Shown here piece by piece: positions 1 to 10,826 of a DNA stretch of 42,596 bases. Positions within the stretch are counted from its first letter, which is position 1, and every line of letters begins with the position of its first letter. Both the position numbers and the translations under genes were made by a program. The stretch is from the NCBI GenBank assembly GCA_036149055.1, contig JAYZQJ010000115.1:1-42596 (forward strand). Reading direction: 5' to 3'. The DNA is from Myxococcota bacterium (lineage in GTDB: Bacteria > Myxococcota_A > Polyangia > Polyangiales > Sandaracinaceae). The notes under the pieces were generated by a model. That model was given only the letters and a program-made list of their open reading frames with translations, was not told where the DNA came from and searched no databases.

Positions 1-61
1 TGACTCTTCGCCCGCCTCGGCTGGATCCACGCCGCTCGACGTCCTAGACCGCGGCCGAGTC

Positions 62-2431
62 ATGTCCCGCGGACGGCGCATCGCAGCATGGACCGGCATC
101 GCCGTCCTCGTGGTCTCGCTCCTCGGAGCGCTGGCCTGGACCTGGTGGATCCCGGCGGCGGTCGACGATCGGGTCCGCGCGGCCGCCGCGCGACGTGGGC
201 TCGACGCCGAGATCGGAGGCCTGGACATCGGCCTCGGGGCGGTCGTGCTCCGGAGCGTACGGCTCCGAGGGGGGCGCTCGCTCGTGGTCGACGTGGACCG
301 CCTCGACACGGGCGCCGGCGTGCTGGAGCTCGCGAGCGAGGGGACGGCCGCGATCCGGATCCTCCGGCTCCACGGCGTCCACGTGACGCTCGACACCTCC
401 GCCGACGACCTGGGGCAGGTGGTCGCTGCGCTGCGCGGCTCCGAGGCGGGGACCGACACGCCGAGCCGAGGGGAGCGCCTGGTGGAGCTCCAGGAGATCG
501 CGATCTCGATCAACGACGATCGGGGGGCGTTGCTCCGGCTCGATGGCGGTGAGGTGAGCCTCCTGCCCGAGGGGATCCTTCGCGTCGGCTTCGACGCGGG
601 CGAGCTCGCGCCTGGCGCCGACGACGGGCTGAGCTTCGGCCGGATCGCGGGCCGCCTCGAGCGCGACGACGAGCGCGGCTGGCAGATCGCCGACGCGCGG
701 GCCGCCGAGGTGGCGGTTCGCTACCGGGAGCGGGAGGAGGGGGCCCGAGCGCCGCTGCGCGCGCGCCTCTCCACCGCGCTCGACGCGCTGCGAGCGGCGC
801 TGCCGTCGGACGCGGAGCCGGCTCCACCCGAGGAGGAGCCGGAGGGGACGCAGGGAGAGGAAGACGCTGAGGCGGAGCTGGACGCCGCCGGTCTGCGCGC
901 GCTCTTCGACGCCGGTCGGGCGCGGCTTGCCGAGGGCGCGCGGCTCTCGGTGAGCGGCCTGTCGGTGCGCGCGCAGGGGGAGGGCGGCGAGCGGCGGGTT
1001 CTCCGGGAGCTCGAGGCCGAGCTGGTCGTGTTGCCGCGGGATCGATACCGGGTGGAGGGCTCGGGGCGGCCTGGGCGCGGGGGCCGGCTCGGCTGGGATC
1101 TGACCCTCGACCCCGACGCGCTCCGAGCGGACGGGGAGCTGGACTTCCAGCGGCTGCCGTTCGTGCTCCTGGCCCCGTTCCTGCCCCGTCTTCCGTGGCA
1201 CGACGCCGAGGAGACGCGCCTGAGCGGCGCGCTGACCATCCGGGGAGAGTCGGCCACGCGGATCCAGCTGGAGGGCAACGTCTCGATCGACGACCTGGCG
1301 CTCGCCTCGCCGCGGATCGCGCCCCAGCCGGTCGAGCGCATCGCGCTCTCGCTGAGCGGTCGGGCCGACTGGATCCCGGCCGACCGGCGGCTCGAGGTCG
1401 AGCAAGCCACCCTCGGGCTGGGGCAGGCGCGCGTCACGCTGACGGGCGCCTTCGAGTGGCCCGAGGACCACTTCCTCGTCGACGCCCGCGCGACGCTCCC
1501 GCCGACCGACTGCGACGTCGCCATCGGCGCGATCCCGGAGGACCTGCTCGCGGAGCTGGCCGGCTTCACCTTCTCCGGCCGGATCGGTGGGCAGGTGGTG
1601 CTCCACGTCGACTCGCGCGAGCTCGACGCCACCCGGCTGCGGGTGCACGTCGCCAACGGCTGCGTCTTCGACACCGCGCCGGCGATCGCGGACGTGCGTC
1701 GCTTCGAGGGCCCCTTCACGCACCGCGTCCTCGAGCCGGACGGCGGCGCCTTCGAGATGGAGACCGGCCCCGGGACCCTCGAGTGGACGCCGATCACGCG
1801 GATCAGCCCCTACTTCGTGCAGGCGGTGCTGGGCCACGAGGACGCGGGCTTCTATCAGCACGCCGGCTTCAGCGTGTCGTCGATCGAGCGGGCCCTCGTC
1901 CGCAACCTGCAGGAGGGGCGCTACGTGTACGGCGCGTCGACGATCACGATGCAGCTCGTGAAGAACGTCTTCCTCCACCGCGAGAAGACGCTCGCCCGCA
2001 AGGTCCAGGAGGTGATCCTCACCTGGTGGCTCGAGTCGGTGATGGAGAAGGACCAGATCCTGGAGCTCTACCTCAACGTCATCGAGTACGGCCCGAGCAT
2101 CTACGGGATCCGCGCCGCGGCGATGCACTACTTCGGCCGCATCCCTGCCGAGCTGGGCCCCGCGGAGTCCGCCTACCTCGCGACCATCCTCCCCAACCCC
2201 AAGGCGTTCCACGAGCACTGGGAGGAGGGCGAGATGTCCGACCGTCACCGTCGTCGCGTGGAGCGCTTCGTGAACACCCTCGAGAGTCGAGGACGCTACG
2301 ACGCGACCGCGGCCGCCCTGGCGCGGGAGCGGGTGGCCAGCCTCCGGTTCCACCGCCCGGGTGACCCGCTGCCCCCCTCGCCGTTTCCGCCCCCCGACGA
2401 GACCGGTCAAGACGTGGCGTTCGAGCCCTGA
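62..2431 (+). CDS. Peptidoglycan transglycosylase (GT51 domain at C-terminus, long N-terminal region, no transpeptidase domain), 789 aa
   Basis: N-terminal TM helix; GT51 motifs EDAGFYQHAG, GASTITMQLVKN, RKVQE, KDQILELYLN; the protein ends shortly after the GT domain. Confidence 0.88.
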   Translation: MSRGRRIAAWTGIAVLVVSLLGALAWTWWIPAAVDDRVRAAAARRGLDAEIGGLDIGLGAVVLRSVRLRGGRSLVVDVDRLDTGAGVLELASEGTAAIRILRLHGVHVTLDTSADDLGQVVAALRGSEAGTDTPSRGERLVELQEIAISINDDRGALLRLDGGEVSLLPEGILRVGFDAGELAPGADDGLSFGRIAGRLERDDERGWQIADARAAEVAVRYREREEGARAPLRARLSTALDALRAALPSDAEPAPPEEEPEGTQGEEDAEAELDAAGLRALFDAGRARLAEGARLSVSGLSVRAQGEGGERRVLRELEAELVVLPRDRYRVEGSGRPGRGGRLGWDLTLDPDALRADGELDFQRLPFVLLAPFLPRLPWHDAEETRLSGALTIRGESATRIQLEGNVSIDDLALASPRIAPQPVERIALSLSGRADWIPADRRLEVEQATLGLGQARVTLTGAFEWPEDHFLVDARATLPPTDCDVAIGAIPEDLLAELAGFTFSGRIGGQVVLHVDSRELDATRLRVHVANGCVFDTAPAIADVRRFEGPFTHRVLEPDGGAFEMETGPGTLEWTPITRISPYFVQAVLGHEDAGFYQHAGFSVSSIERALVRNLQEGRYVYGASTITMQLVKNVFLHREKTLARKVQEVILTWWLESVMEKDQILELYLNVIEYGPSIYGIRAAAMHYFGRIPAELGPAESAYLATILPNPKAFHEHWEEGEMSDRHRRRVERFVNTLESRGRYDATAAALARERVASLRFHRPGDPLPPSPFPPPDETGQDVAFEP

Positions 2432-2512
2432 GCCCTTGCACTCCCGACCGCCCGCGACGAAAGTACCCCTCCATGCGGACTGCAGTACACGAATCCTCGG
2501 TGAGGCCGCACC

Positions 2513-4162
2513 GTGAGTGAGCCGGTCGACTATCTCGTCATCGGGGCCGGCCCCGCGGGCCTACAACTCGGATACTTTCTCGCGCGAAGCGAGCGGACCT
2601 ACGCGATCCTGGAGCGCGAGGATCGGCCGGGCAGCTTCTTCGAGAAGTACCCGCGCGATCGAGAGCTCATCTCGTTCAACAAGGTCCACTCCATCTACGA
2701 TGATCCAGAGATCTTGCTCAGGTGGGACTGGAACTCGCTGCTGACCGACGACTACTCCTTTCCCTTCAAGGAGTACTCGAAGCAGCTCTACCCGCACGCC
2801 GATGATCTCGTCCGGTATCTCCGCGACTTCGCGCGTCACTTCGAGATCGACATCACGTACGGCTTCGACGTCAGCCGCGTGTCTCGGCGGAAAGACGGTG
2901 TCTTCGTCGCCACCGACGCCGACGGTCGAGAGATCGCCGGAAAGATCCTGATCGTCGCCACCGGGCTCGACAACGCGTACATCCCGCCGATCCCCGGCAT
3001 CGAGCACTGCGAGGGATACGAGGACGTCTCGTACGATCCCGAGGACTACGTCGGTCAGCGCGTGCTCGTCATCGGCAAGGGGAACTCCGGCTTCGAGTTC
3101 GCCGACCAGATCCTCGACACCGCGTCCATCGTCCACCTCGCGAGCCCGCAGCCCGTGACGATGGCCTGGAAGACGCGCTTCGCGGGGAACCTCCGGGCGA
3201 ACAACTCGCGGCTCCTCGACATGTACCAGCTCAAGCTGCTCAACGGAGCGCTGGACTGCGAGGTGGTGTCGATCGAGAAGCACGAGGACGTCTATCACGT
3301 CACCGTCTCTTACGTTCACGCCGACGGCGAGGAGGAGACGCTGGTCTTCGACCGCGTGATCCGCGCCGCGGGCTTCCGGTTCAATCCGTCGATCTTCGAC
3401 GAGAGCTGCGAGCCGGTGATGCGACTACACGGGCGCCTGCCGGACATGGGCCCGAAGTGGCAGTCGACGAACACCCCGAACCTCTACTTCGCCGGAACCC
3501 TCACGCAGATCCGTGACTTCCGGGTGAGCGCCTCGGCGTTCATCGATGGCTTCCGGTACAACTGCCGCACGCTCTTCCACATCCTCGAAGAGGAGCACTT
3601 CGGGGTCCGGATCCCGCACGAGACCCACCCGCTCCGGACGGAAGAGCTGGTGCGATTGGTCACCGACCGGGTCTGTCGCAGCAGCGCGCTCTGGACGCAG
3701 TTCAAGTTCCTCTGCGACGCGATCGTGTTCGACCGGGACAATCAGACGTTCTCGTACTTCTACGAGCTGCCGGTCGATTACATGCACACGATCCCCGACC
3801 AGGAGGGGCGCTTCGAGTACTACCTCGTCTCCTTCGAGTGGGGAGAGTGGGACGGCGACGTGTTCGAGGTGGAGCGTCACCCGCGGGCCGAGACGGCCTA
3901 CACGAACGTGTTCCTGCACCCCATCGTGCGCCGCTTCAACCGGGGCGTGCTCGTCGCCGAGCATCACATCCTCGAGGACCTCTTCGGCACGTACTCCGCC
4001 GCGGGCGAGTCCGGGATCGTGCTGAAGCGGGGAGGTCGCGAGATCGATCGCTACCACCGGGAGGAGCACCACGAGCCGCTGACGAAGTTCTTCGACGAGC
4101 AGCTCGCGTTGCCGCCCGGAGGCGCCTACCTGCGCGAGTCCGAGCACCCCTCGATGGAGTGA
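2513..4162 (+). CDS. NAD(P)/FAD-dependent oxidoreductase, FOXRED2-like (pyridine nucleotide-disulfide/flavin monooxygenase-type fold), 549 aa
   Basis: GTG start after GAGG; FAD motif VIGAGPAGLQ and second Rossmann motif VIGKGNSG; segments GSFFEKYPRDRELIS, RWDWNSLL, FIDGFRYN and FLHPIVR match my recollection of the FOXRED2 family. Confidence 0.8.
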   Translation: MSEPVDYLVIGAGPAGLQLGYFLARSERTYAILEREDRPGSFFEKYPRDRELISFNKVHSIYDDPEILLRWDWNSLLTDDYSFPFKEYSKQLYPHADDLVRYLRDFARHFEIDITYGFDVSRVSRRKDGVFVATDADGREIAGKILIVATGLDNAYIPPIPGIEHCEGYEDVSYDPEDYVGQRVLVIGKGNSGFEFADQILDTASIVHLASPQPVTMAWKTRFAGNLRANNSRLLDMYQLKLLNGALDCEVVSIEKHEDVYHVTVSYVHADGEEETLVFDRVIRAAGFRFNPSIFDESCEPVMRLHGRLPDMGPKWQSTNTPNLYFAGTLTQIRDFRVSASAFIDGFRYNCRTLFHILEEEHFGVRIPHETHPLRTEELVRLVTDRVCRSSALWTQFKFLCDAIVFDRDNQTFSYFYELPVDYMHTIPDQEGRFEYYLVSFEWGEWDGDVFEVERHPRAETAYTNVFLHPIVRRFNRGVLVAEHHILEDLFGTYSAAGESGIVLKRGGREIDRYHREEHHEPLTKFFDEQLALPPGGAYLRESEHPSME

Positions 4163-5725
4163 TCAGCCCGGCTCGGTCCGGTCGCGGAGCGCGGTGAGGA
4201 CCTCGCGCAGCACCCGCACGACGAGCCGGCGCTCTTCATCGCCGGTGCGGAAGCTGGGCGTGAAGCGCAGCGCGTTGCGGCCGCCGTGGATGACGTTGAC
4301 GCCTCGGCGGCGGCACGCGTCCTCGGCGCTCCCGACGCCGACCACGCGGCAGCGCGCGGGCGACAGCTCCATCGAGAACAGGAGCCCCGTCCCGATCACG
4401 TCCTCGACGACCTCCGGGAGCTCCTGCGCGAGCGCCTCGAGGTCGGCGCGGAACGCGGCCCCCTGACGCACGATGTTCTCGCGCACCTCCGGCGTCATCA
4501 TGCGGAGGACCGTCGAGACCACCTCGAGCCCGCGGGGGTTGGTGGTCATCGTGTTGCCGTAGACGCCGGTCACGAACCGGGCGGCGGCGCTCGCCTCGAG
4601 GCCGAGCACCGAGACGGGGAACTGCCCCGCGTTGATCGCCTTGGACCAGCACTCCATGTCCGGCGCCGCCGCGTCCTGGAAGCCCGGGTAGTCGACGATG
4701 GAGAGCACGCCGTGCGCGCGCAGCCCCGCCTGGATGCTGTCGACCACGAGCAGCGCGCCGTGGGCTCGCGTCAGCTCGCGCGCCCGGTCGTAGTAGCCGC
4801 GCTGGAGGGCGCGGCCGGGGGCGCCCTCGCCCTGCACCGGCTCGAGGATCACGGCCTGGACGAACACGTCCTCGCGTCGCGCTCGCTCGAAGGCCGCCGC
4901 GAGGGCCTCGGCGTCGTTCGCGGGGACCGCCCACACCGAGTCGCGATCCTGGAACGACTGGAGGTGCGCGCGGTAGGTGCTCAGCGTGGAGTGCGACCAC
5001 GCCGCCGGCCCGAGGGTCCGCCCGTGGAAGCTGTTCTCCATGCTGATGGCGACCGGCCTCGCCCCGGCGCGCGGGCCGTCGGCGCGGGTCATGTGGTGCG
5101 TGTGGATGTCGACGATGCGCGCCACGACGCTCATGGCCTCGGAGCCGGAGTTCATGCAGAGGAACCGCCCGAAGGGGCAGCCGTCCTCGCGCGTGTGGCC
5201 GATCTCGTCCCGGAGCGCGCGCTGCAGCCGCTGCTGGCTCAGGTGCGGCGTCATGATGTTCGCCATCGGATGAGGTCGGCTCAGGGCCTCCATCACGGGG
5301 GCGGGAGCGTGTCCGAAGGCGAGCATGCCGTAGCCGCCGCAGTCGAGGACGGCGGCGCCGTGCAGGGTCACGATCCAGGCGCCGCGCGCGGCGAGCGTCA
5401 GGTAGGGCTGGACGGCCTCGTCCGCGTAGAAGCTGAGGAAGCCGGCCTGGGCGCGGGCGATGGCGTCCGCCTCGTCGGCCCGCATCAGCTCCGCCTCGGG
5501 GCCCTGGAGACGGGAGGCTGCGGCGACGGCCTCCCGGGTCGCGGCGAGCAGGTCCGGGTCGCTCAGGAACGGACGGAGCTCGTCGTCGGACAGGCCGCGC
5601 GTCTGGCGGCGTCCGGCGCGCTCGCGGAGTCGGGCGAGGTGGGTGAGGACCTCGTGAGCTTCGTGCAGGGGGCGTGGCGTGGTGAGCTCCGGGGTGGAGA
5701 GCGGGCGGGGAGGGACCGAGCTCAC
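4163..5725 (-). CDS. lat: Class III PLP aminotransferase, probable L-lysine 6-aminotransferase, about 520 aa
   Basis: Motifs NSGSEA, SFHGRT, LEPVQGEG, VDSIQAG, WSKAIN (PLP Lys) and YGNTMTTNP. N-terminal extension and GGYGMLAFGH/MANIMTP resemble the Flavobacterium lutescens-type Lat as I recall it. Start reassigned to the GTG at 5725, which overlaps the upstream TGA. Confidence 0.75.
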   Translation of the reverse strand: MSSVPPRPLSTPELTTPRPLHEAHEVLTHLARLRERAGRRQTRGLSDDELRPFLSDPDLLAATREAVAAASRLQGPEAELMRADEADAIARAQAGFLSFYADEAVQPYLTLAARGAWIVTLHGAAVLDCGGYGMLAFGHAPAPVMEALSRPHPMANIMTPHLSQQRLQRALRDEIGHTREDGCPFGRFLCMNSGSEAMSVVARIVDIHTHHMTRADGPRAGARPVAISMENSFHGRTLGPAAWSHSTLSTYRAHLQSFQDRDSVWAVPANDAEALAAAFERARREDVFVQAVILEPVQGEGAPGRALQRGYYDRARELTRAHGALLVVDSIQAGLRAHGVLSIVDYPGFQDAAAPDMECWSKAINAGQFPVSVLGLEASAAARFVTGVYGNTMTTNPRGLEVVSTVLRMMTPEVRENIVRQGAAFRADLEALAQELPEVVEDVIGTGLLFSMELSPARCRVVGVGSAEDACRRRGVNVIHGGRNALRFTPSFRTGDEERRLVVRVLREVLTALRDRTEPG

Positions 5726-6684
5726 GGCGCGTCCGAGGGGACTTCCACGCCGTGGCCGCGGAGGAAGTCTCGGATGGAGGGGATGTCCACGCGCTGGTGC
5801 TCGTTCCAGTCGCCCATGCAGCTCGGCTCGAGCTCGTCGATCACCGCGACGACGAGGTGACCCTCGCCCACGTAGACCGGGCCGCCCGAGTCGCCGAAGC
5901 AGATCGACTGGTAGCCGTCGGCCTGGCGGGTGTTGACGCCGAGGGCGCCGCGGTCGTCGAGCGCGTCGAAGCCGGCCACGCCGATGCGGCGCACCCCGTC
6001 GTAGCGCTGCGAGGGGTTGGCGACGTAGTCGAGGCCGAACCCGACCGTCCGGAAGGTGAGCGCGCGGCGCTCCTCCTCGGGCAGGGCGTCCAGGTATCCC
6101 ACCGGGGCCAGCTCGGCTGGCTCGATGCCCTCCACCGGGCGCTCCAGCACCAGCACCGCGATGTCGTCGTTGTCGGCGCCGTCCGCCTGTCGCTGGCCCG
6201 GGCGGCCCATCCGGTAGCCCGGCCGGGAGTGGAGCGCGCCGAGGTGTCCGCGCTCCAGCTCGGAGAAGGGCGTGCTGGGGAGCGGCCCGCTTCCGTCGAA
6301 CGCGACGCGCTGGGTGAACACCGCGCCCCACCGGATCTCGGCCGGCGGCTCGCGCCCGGTGATGCGCGTGAAGAGCGCGGGGAAGCCGCCCTCGTTGTGC
6401 GCCACGGTCACGACCCGGTCGGGCGTCACGAGCACGCCGGAGCCGACCGGGAACCAGGTGTCGTCTTCGAACACCGCCGCGACGATCGCGACCTCTGGGT
6501 AGGTGTCCTCGACGTCCTCTCTGCGGGCTCGCGGTGCCTCTTCGCTCACCGGCTCCTCCTCTGTCTCGGCGCTGGGCTCGTCGTCGACGTCGTTCGCGCG
6601 TGGAGGGGCGCCGCCGCAGCCGACCACGAGCGCGCCCACGAGCACGCGGGCGAGCGCGCCGGCGTGGCTCGGGCGCCCCCTCAT
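5722..6684 (-). CDS. Lipoprotein S1 (trypsin/chymotrypsin-like) serine protease, copy A, 320 aa
   Basis: Lipobox LVVGC; triad motifs TVAH, DDIAVL, CFGDSGGP; ATG at 6684 overlaps the upstream TGA (ATGA). Confidence 0.85.
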   Translation of the reverse strand: MRGRPSHAGALARVLVGALVVGCGGAPPRANDVDDEPSAETEEEPVSEEAPRARREDVEDTYPEVAIVAAVFEDDTWFPVGSGVLVTPDRVVTVAHNEGGFPALFTRITGREPPAEIRWGAVFTQRVAFDGSGPLPSTPFSELERGHLGALHSRPGYRMGRPGQRQADGADNDDIAVLVLERPVEGIEPAELAPVGYLDALPEEERRALTFRTVGFGLDYVANPSQRYDGVRRIGVAGFDALDDRGALGVNTRQADGYQSICFGDSGGPVYVGEGHLVVAVIDELEPSCMGDWNEHQRVDIPSIRDFLRGHGVEVPSDAP

Positions 6685-7325
6685 CGGAAGCGCGCTTCCG
6701 GGTAGATGTAGTAGAAGCCTTCGAGGCGCGCGGTGTCGAGCACGTGACCCTCCATCGCCGCGCGCACGTCGGCGGCGGTGGGCTTCTCGACCGGCAGGCG
6801 CGGGACGTCGAGCGCGAACAGCTCGAACACGTACCAGTGGATCAGCTCGTCGTTCCACGGCGGACAGGGGCCGTCGTAGCCGAAGTACTCGCCGGACATG
6901 TCCGGGTCGTCGGCGAACCAGCCGCAGTAGTCGTTGAGACCCTGTCGCCCCACCGGCGAGTCCGGCCCCTTGCCCCTCGGGGTGACCCCCTCCGAGAAGG
7001 CGCCCTCCTCGAGCTGACGCACGGTGGGCGGGACGTCGACGAGCACCCAGTGGACGAAGTCCGCGCGCGGCGCGTCGCGGGGCACCACCCGGTCGGGGCG
7101 GTTGACGTCGGTCGCGTCGGCGGGCGCGTCGGGGTCGTGGCAGAGCAGCACGAGCGACTGGGTGCCCTCGGGCACGTCGTCCCACGCGAGGTGGGGGCTC
7201 CGGTTGTCGGAGAGCTCGAAGCGCTGATCCGCCGGGAGCTCGCGCGGGAAGAACCGGTGCCGTCCGAACGCGTAGCGGGTCGGCATGGCGCGACGATGGA
7301 GGAAGCCGTCGCTTCGCAGCTTCAT
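6681..7325 (-). CDS. YbhB/YbcL family (PEBP/Raf kinase inhibitor-like) protein, 214 aa
   Basis: Motifs NRSPHLAW, HDPDAP, FVHWVL, YDGPCPPWND, HWYVFELFALD. Confidence 0.9.
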   Translation of the reverse strand: MKLRSDGFLHRRAMPTRYAFGRHRFFPRELPADQRFELSDNRSPHLAWDDVPEGTQSLVLLCHDPDAPADATDVNRPDRVVPRDAPRADFVHWVLVDVPPTVRQLEEGAFSEGVTPRGKGPDSPVGRQGLNDYCGWFADDPDMSGEYFGYDGPCPPWNDELIHWYVFELFALDVPRLPVEKPTAADVRAAMEGHVLDTARLEGFYYIYPEARFR

Positions 7326-7558
7326 CTCGCGCCCCCGGCCTCATCTGCCCGGGCGAGCTCCTCGAGCTGCCAGCGGACCCTGAGCGGTCTCATGTCGACC
7401 CACACCTCTTCGATGTAGTCGAGACACTCACTCTTCTTTCCGCGAACGCCGACCTCGATCCACCCACGAGGAATCTCCCGGTCCACGAACCAGATGGAGT
7501 ACTGCTCGTCGTGGTTGATGACGACCGTGTAGTCTCGCGCGTCCTCTTCGTCTGTCAC
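7322..7558 (-). CDS. mbtH: MbtH-like NRPS accessory protein, 78 aa
   Basis: Canonical VVINHDEQYSIW...IPRGW...CLDYIEEVWVDMRP with the three conserved Trp residues. Confidence 0.95.
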   Translation of the reverse strand: MTDEEDARDYTVVINHDEQYSIWFVDREIPRGWIEVGVRGKKSECLDYIEEVWVDMRPLRVRWQLEELARADEAGGAR

Positions 7559-7621
7559 TCGCTCGAACCTCGTACCCCCGGGCCCCGAGGGTGCGACACT
7601 TCAACCACTGGAGGCAACCCC

Positions 7622-8338
7622 ATTTCAAAGGCCAACTCCCTTCCGATGTTGTCGTTCCCGCACGCCGGGGGCGCCGCGCATCGCTACCACGCGCTGGCTT
7701 CGTGCCTGCGCTCGGCGACCCTCGTCCCCCACGACTACCCGGGGCACGGCCGGCGAGCCCGGGAGCCGCTCGAGGCGCGCCTGGAGGCGCTCGCGCGCGA
7801 CGCGCTGCGCCGGCACCGCGCCCTGCTCGCGGCCGGCGGCTACGCGCTGCTCGGGCACAGCATGGGCGCTCGCGTGGCGCTCGCGCTGGCGGGGCTCTGT
7901 GAGCGGGAGGGGCTGCCGGGGCCGAGGGCGCTCGTGGCCTGCGGGAGCGAGGCGCCGGGCACCGAGCGGGAGCCGCTCCACCGCCTCGGCGACGACGCGA
8001 TGCTGGAGGAGCTGGCCGCCCTGGGCGGGCTGCCGGCGTCGGTGGGCGAGTCGGCGCTGCTCCGCGAGTTCTTCCTGCCGGTGCTCCGGGCCGATCTGGA
8101 GGCGCTCGAGACCGCGCCCGCGCCGGAGCGCCCCATCGCCGCGCCGATCGTCGTCGTGCACGGACGTGACGAGGACATCGAGCCGGAGGCGCTGCGCGGC
8201 TGGGCCGACTTCACCTCGGGCGGCTGCGCCTTCGTCGAGGTCGACGGAGGCCACTTCTTCCCGCAGGAGGCGCCGGAGATCGCGGCTCGGGCGATCGACG
8301 ACGCGCTCGGCGCGCAGCTCGGCGCGCCGAGCGAGTGA
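7622..8338 (+). CDS. Type II (editing) thioesterase; start either ATT at 7622 or ATG at 7646
   Basis: FPHAGG, YPGHGRR, GHSMG nucleophile elbow, LRADL, GGHFF; GGAGG at 7610-7614. Confidence 0.88.
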   Translation: MSKANSLPMLSFPHAGGAAHRYHALASCLRSATLVPHDYPGHGRRAREPLEARLEALARDALRRHRALLAAGGYALLGHSMGARVALALAGLCEREGLPGPRALVACGSEAPGTEREPLHRLGDDAMLEELAALGGLPASVGESALLREFFLPVLRADLEALETAPAPERPIAAPIVVVHGRDEDIEPEALRGWADFTSGGCAFVEVDGGHFFPQEAPEIAARAIDDALGAQLGAPSE

Positions 8339-8344
8339 GCGCGT

Positions 8345-9739
<1,395 letters not shown>

Positions 9740-9790
9740 AGTCCACCGCGTCGAGGATGGGGAAGTCAAACCCGCGCGCGGCGGGTCCGC

Positions 9791-10657
9791 TCAGAGCCCG
9801 AACTCGACCTGCGACTGGAGGTTGAGCTGGCCGGGCAGCCCGAACACGAGCCCGACGGTGACGCCGCCCGCGACGACCGCGCCGATGATCGTCCAGAACC
9901 ACCACTCCTCCCAGACCTGGGGGCCGGAGGGACCGGCCGCGCCGCCCACGCCGCCGCCGACGGCCCCGCTCCGGGGGCTCTCCGCGCGACGCGGGTCCTG
10001 GTCGCTGCCGACCGCGAGCAGGGTGTTGCCCGACTCGCCGCGGACCTCGAGGGAGTAGAGGTACTCGGGCGCCGACTGGTCCTCGACGCCGACGTCGTCG
10101 AGGCTGACCACGACCGAGCGATCCGCGGGCACCACGTGCTCGTGGAAGGTGGGGTCGGTGCTGGCGCGCGCCCGGATGACGAGCGAGGCGCCCATCTGCA
10201 CCGGGTCGCTCAGCTGTACGCGGAGCTGGAGCGGGCGGTTCGGCCCGGGATCGCCGAGGGTCACCTGCGCCCCGAAGCGCGACGCCTGCGACGCCCACCA
10301 GCCGCGCGCGCGGAGGAAGGGGGTGCGGAGGGCGGGCGAGAGGCTCCGGTCCATCTCCGCGTCCGGCTGGATCGCGAGCTGCCGGCGGTAGGCCTCGTAG
10401 CTCTGCTCCTCTTCGCCGAGCAGCGCGAGGCTGGTGCCCAGCAGCTGGTACAGGCGGGCGGTCTGCTCCGGCCCGTGACCGCCGGCGCCCAGCGCGGCAC
10501 GCGCGAGCTCCTGGGCGCGCTCGTACTCCAGCTGCACGAAGGCTTGCTCCACGTCCGCGACCGACGGCGCCTCGTCCGAGGACTGAGCCTCGAGGCGGGA
10601 CGTCAGCAGGCAGGAGAACCCCAAGAGGACCACAGCGACTCGAACCCAGGAACTCAT
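9791..10657 (-). CDS. Exported protein with TPR-like helical N-terminus and C-terminal membrane anchor, 288 aa
   Basis: Signal peptide MSSWVRVAVVLL...LEAQ after GGGGTG; TPR-like LYQLLGTSLALLGEEEQSYEAYRRQLAIQP; WEEWWFWTIIGAVVAGGVTVGLV anchor. Confidence 0.7.
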   Translation of the reverse strand: MSSWVRVAVVLLGFSCLLTSRLEAQSSDEAPSVADVEQAFVQLEYERAQELARAALGAGGHGPEQTARLYQLLGTSLALLGEEEQSYEAYRRQLAIQPDAEMDRSLSPALRTPFLRARGWWASQASRFGAQVTLGDPGPNRPLQLRVQLSDPVQMGASLVIRARASTDPTFHEHVVPADRSVVVSLDDVGVEDQSAPEYLYSLEVRGESGNTLLAVGSDQDPRRAESPRSGAVGGGVGGAAGPSGPQVWEEWWFWTIIGAVVAGGVTVGLVFGLPGQLNLQSQVEFGL

Positions 10658-10772
10658 GTCACCCCACGGAAAGCACAACGTACGGCATGTCGAGCTGGCG
10701 CGGCGTGCGCCGCGCGGGAGGCTAGCACGGCTGGCGTCGCCACGGCACGACGCCCGCCCCGACGGAAGCGAA

Positions 10773-10804
10773 GAGCCCCCACCACGCTCGCGCGGCGGGG
10801 GCTC
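10773..10804 (-). terminator. Probable intrinsic terminator after protease copy B
   Basis: Minus strand GAGCCCCCGCCGCG-CGAG-CGTGGTGGGGGCTC: 14-bp stem with two G-U pairs that form only on this strand, followed by TTCGCTTCC; begins 22 nt after the stop. Confidence 0.6.
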
Positions 10805-10826
10805 CGGTCGTGCGCGGACGCCTCGA

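Noticed and set aside
4163..7344. Long ORF-track versions 4163..6331 and 5722..7344, and similar extensions to 11053, 11897, 27555 and 32268
   Set aside because: The N-terminal extensions overlap upstream genes and are low-complexity; shorter starts fit signal peptides, SD sequences or start/stop overlaps
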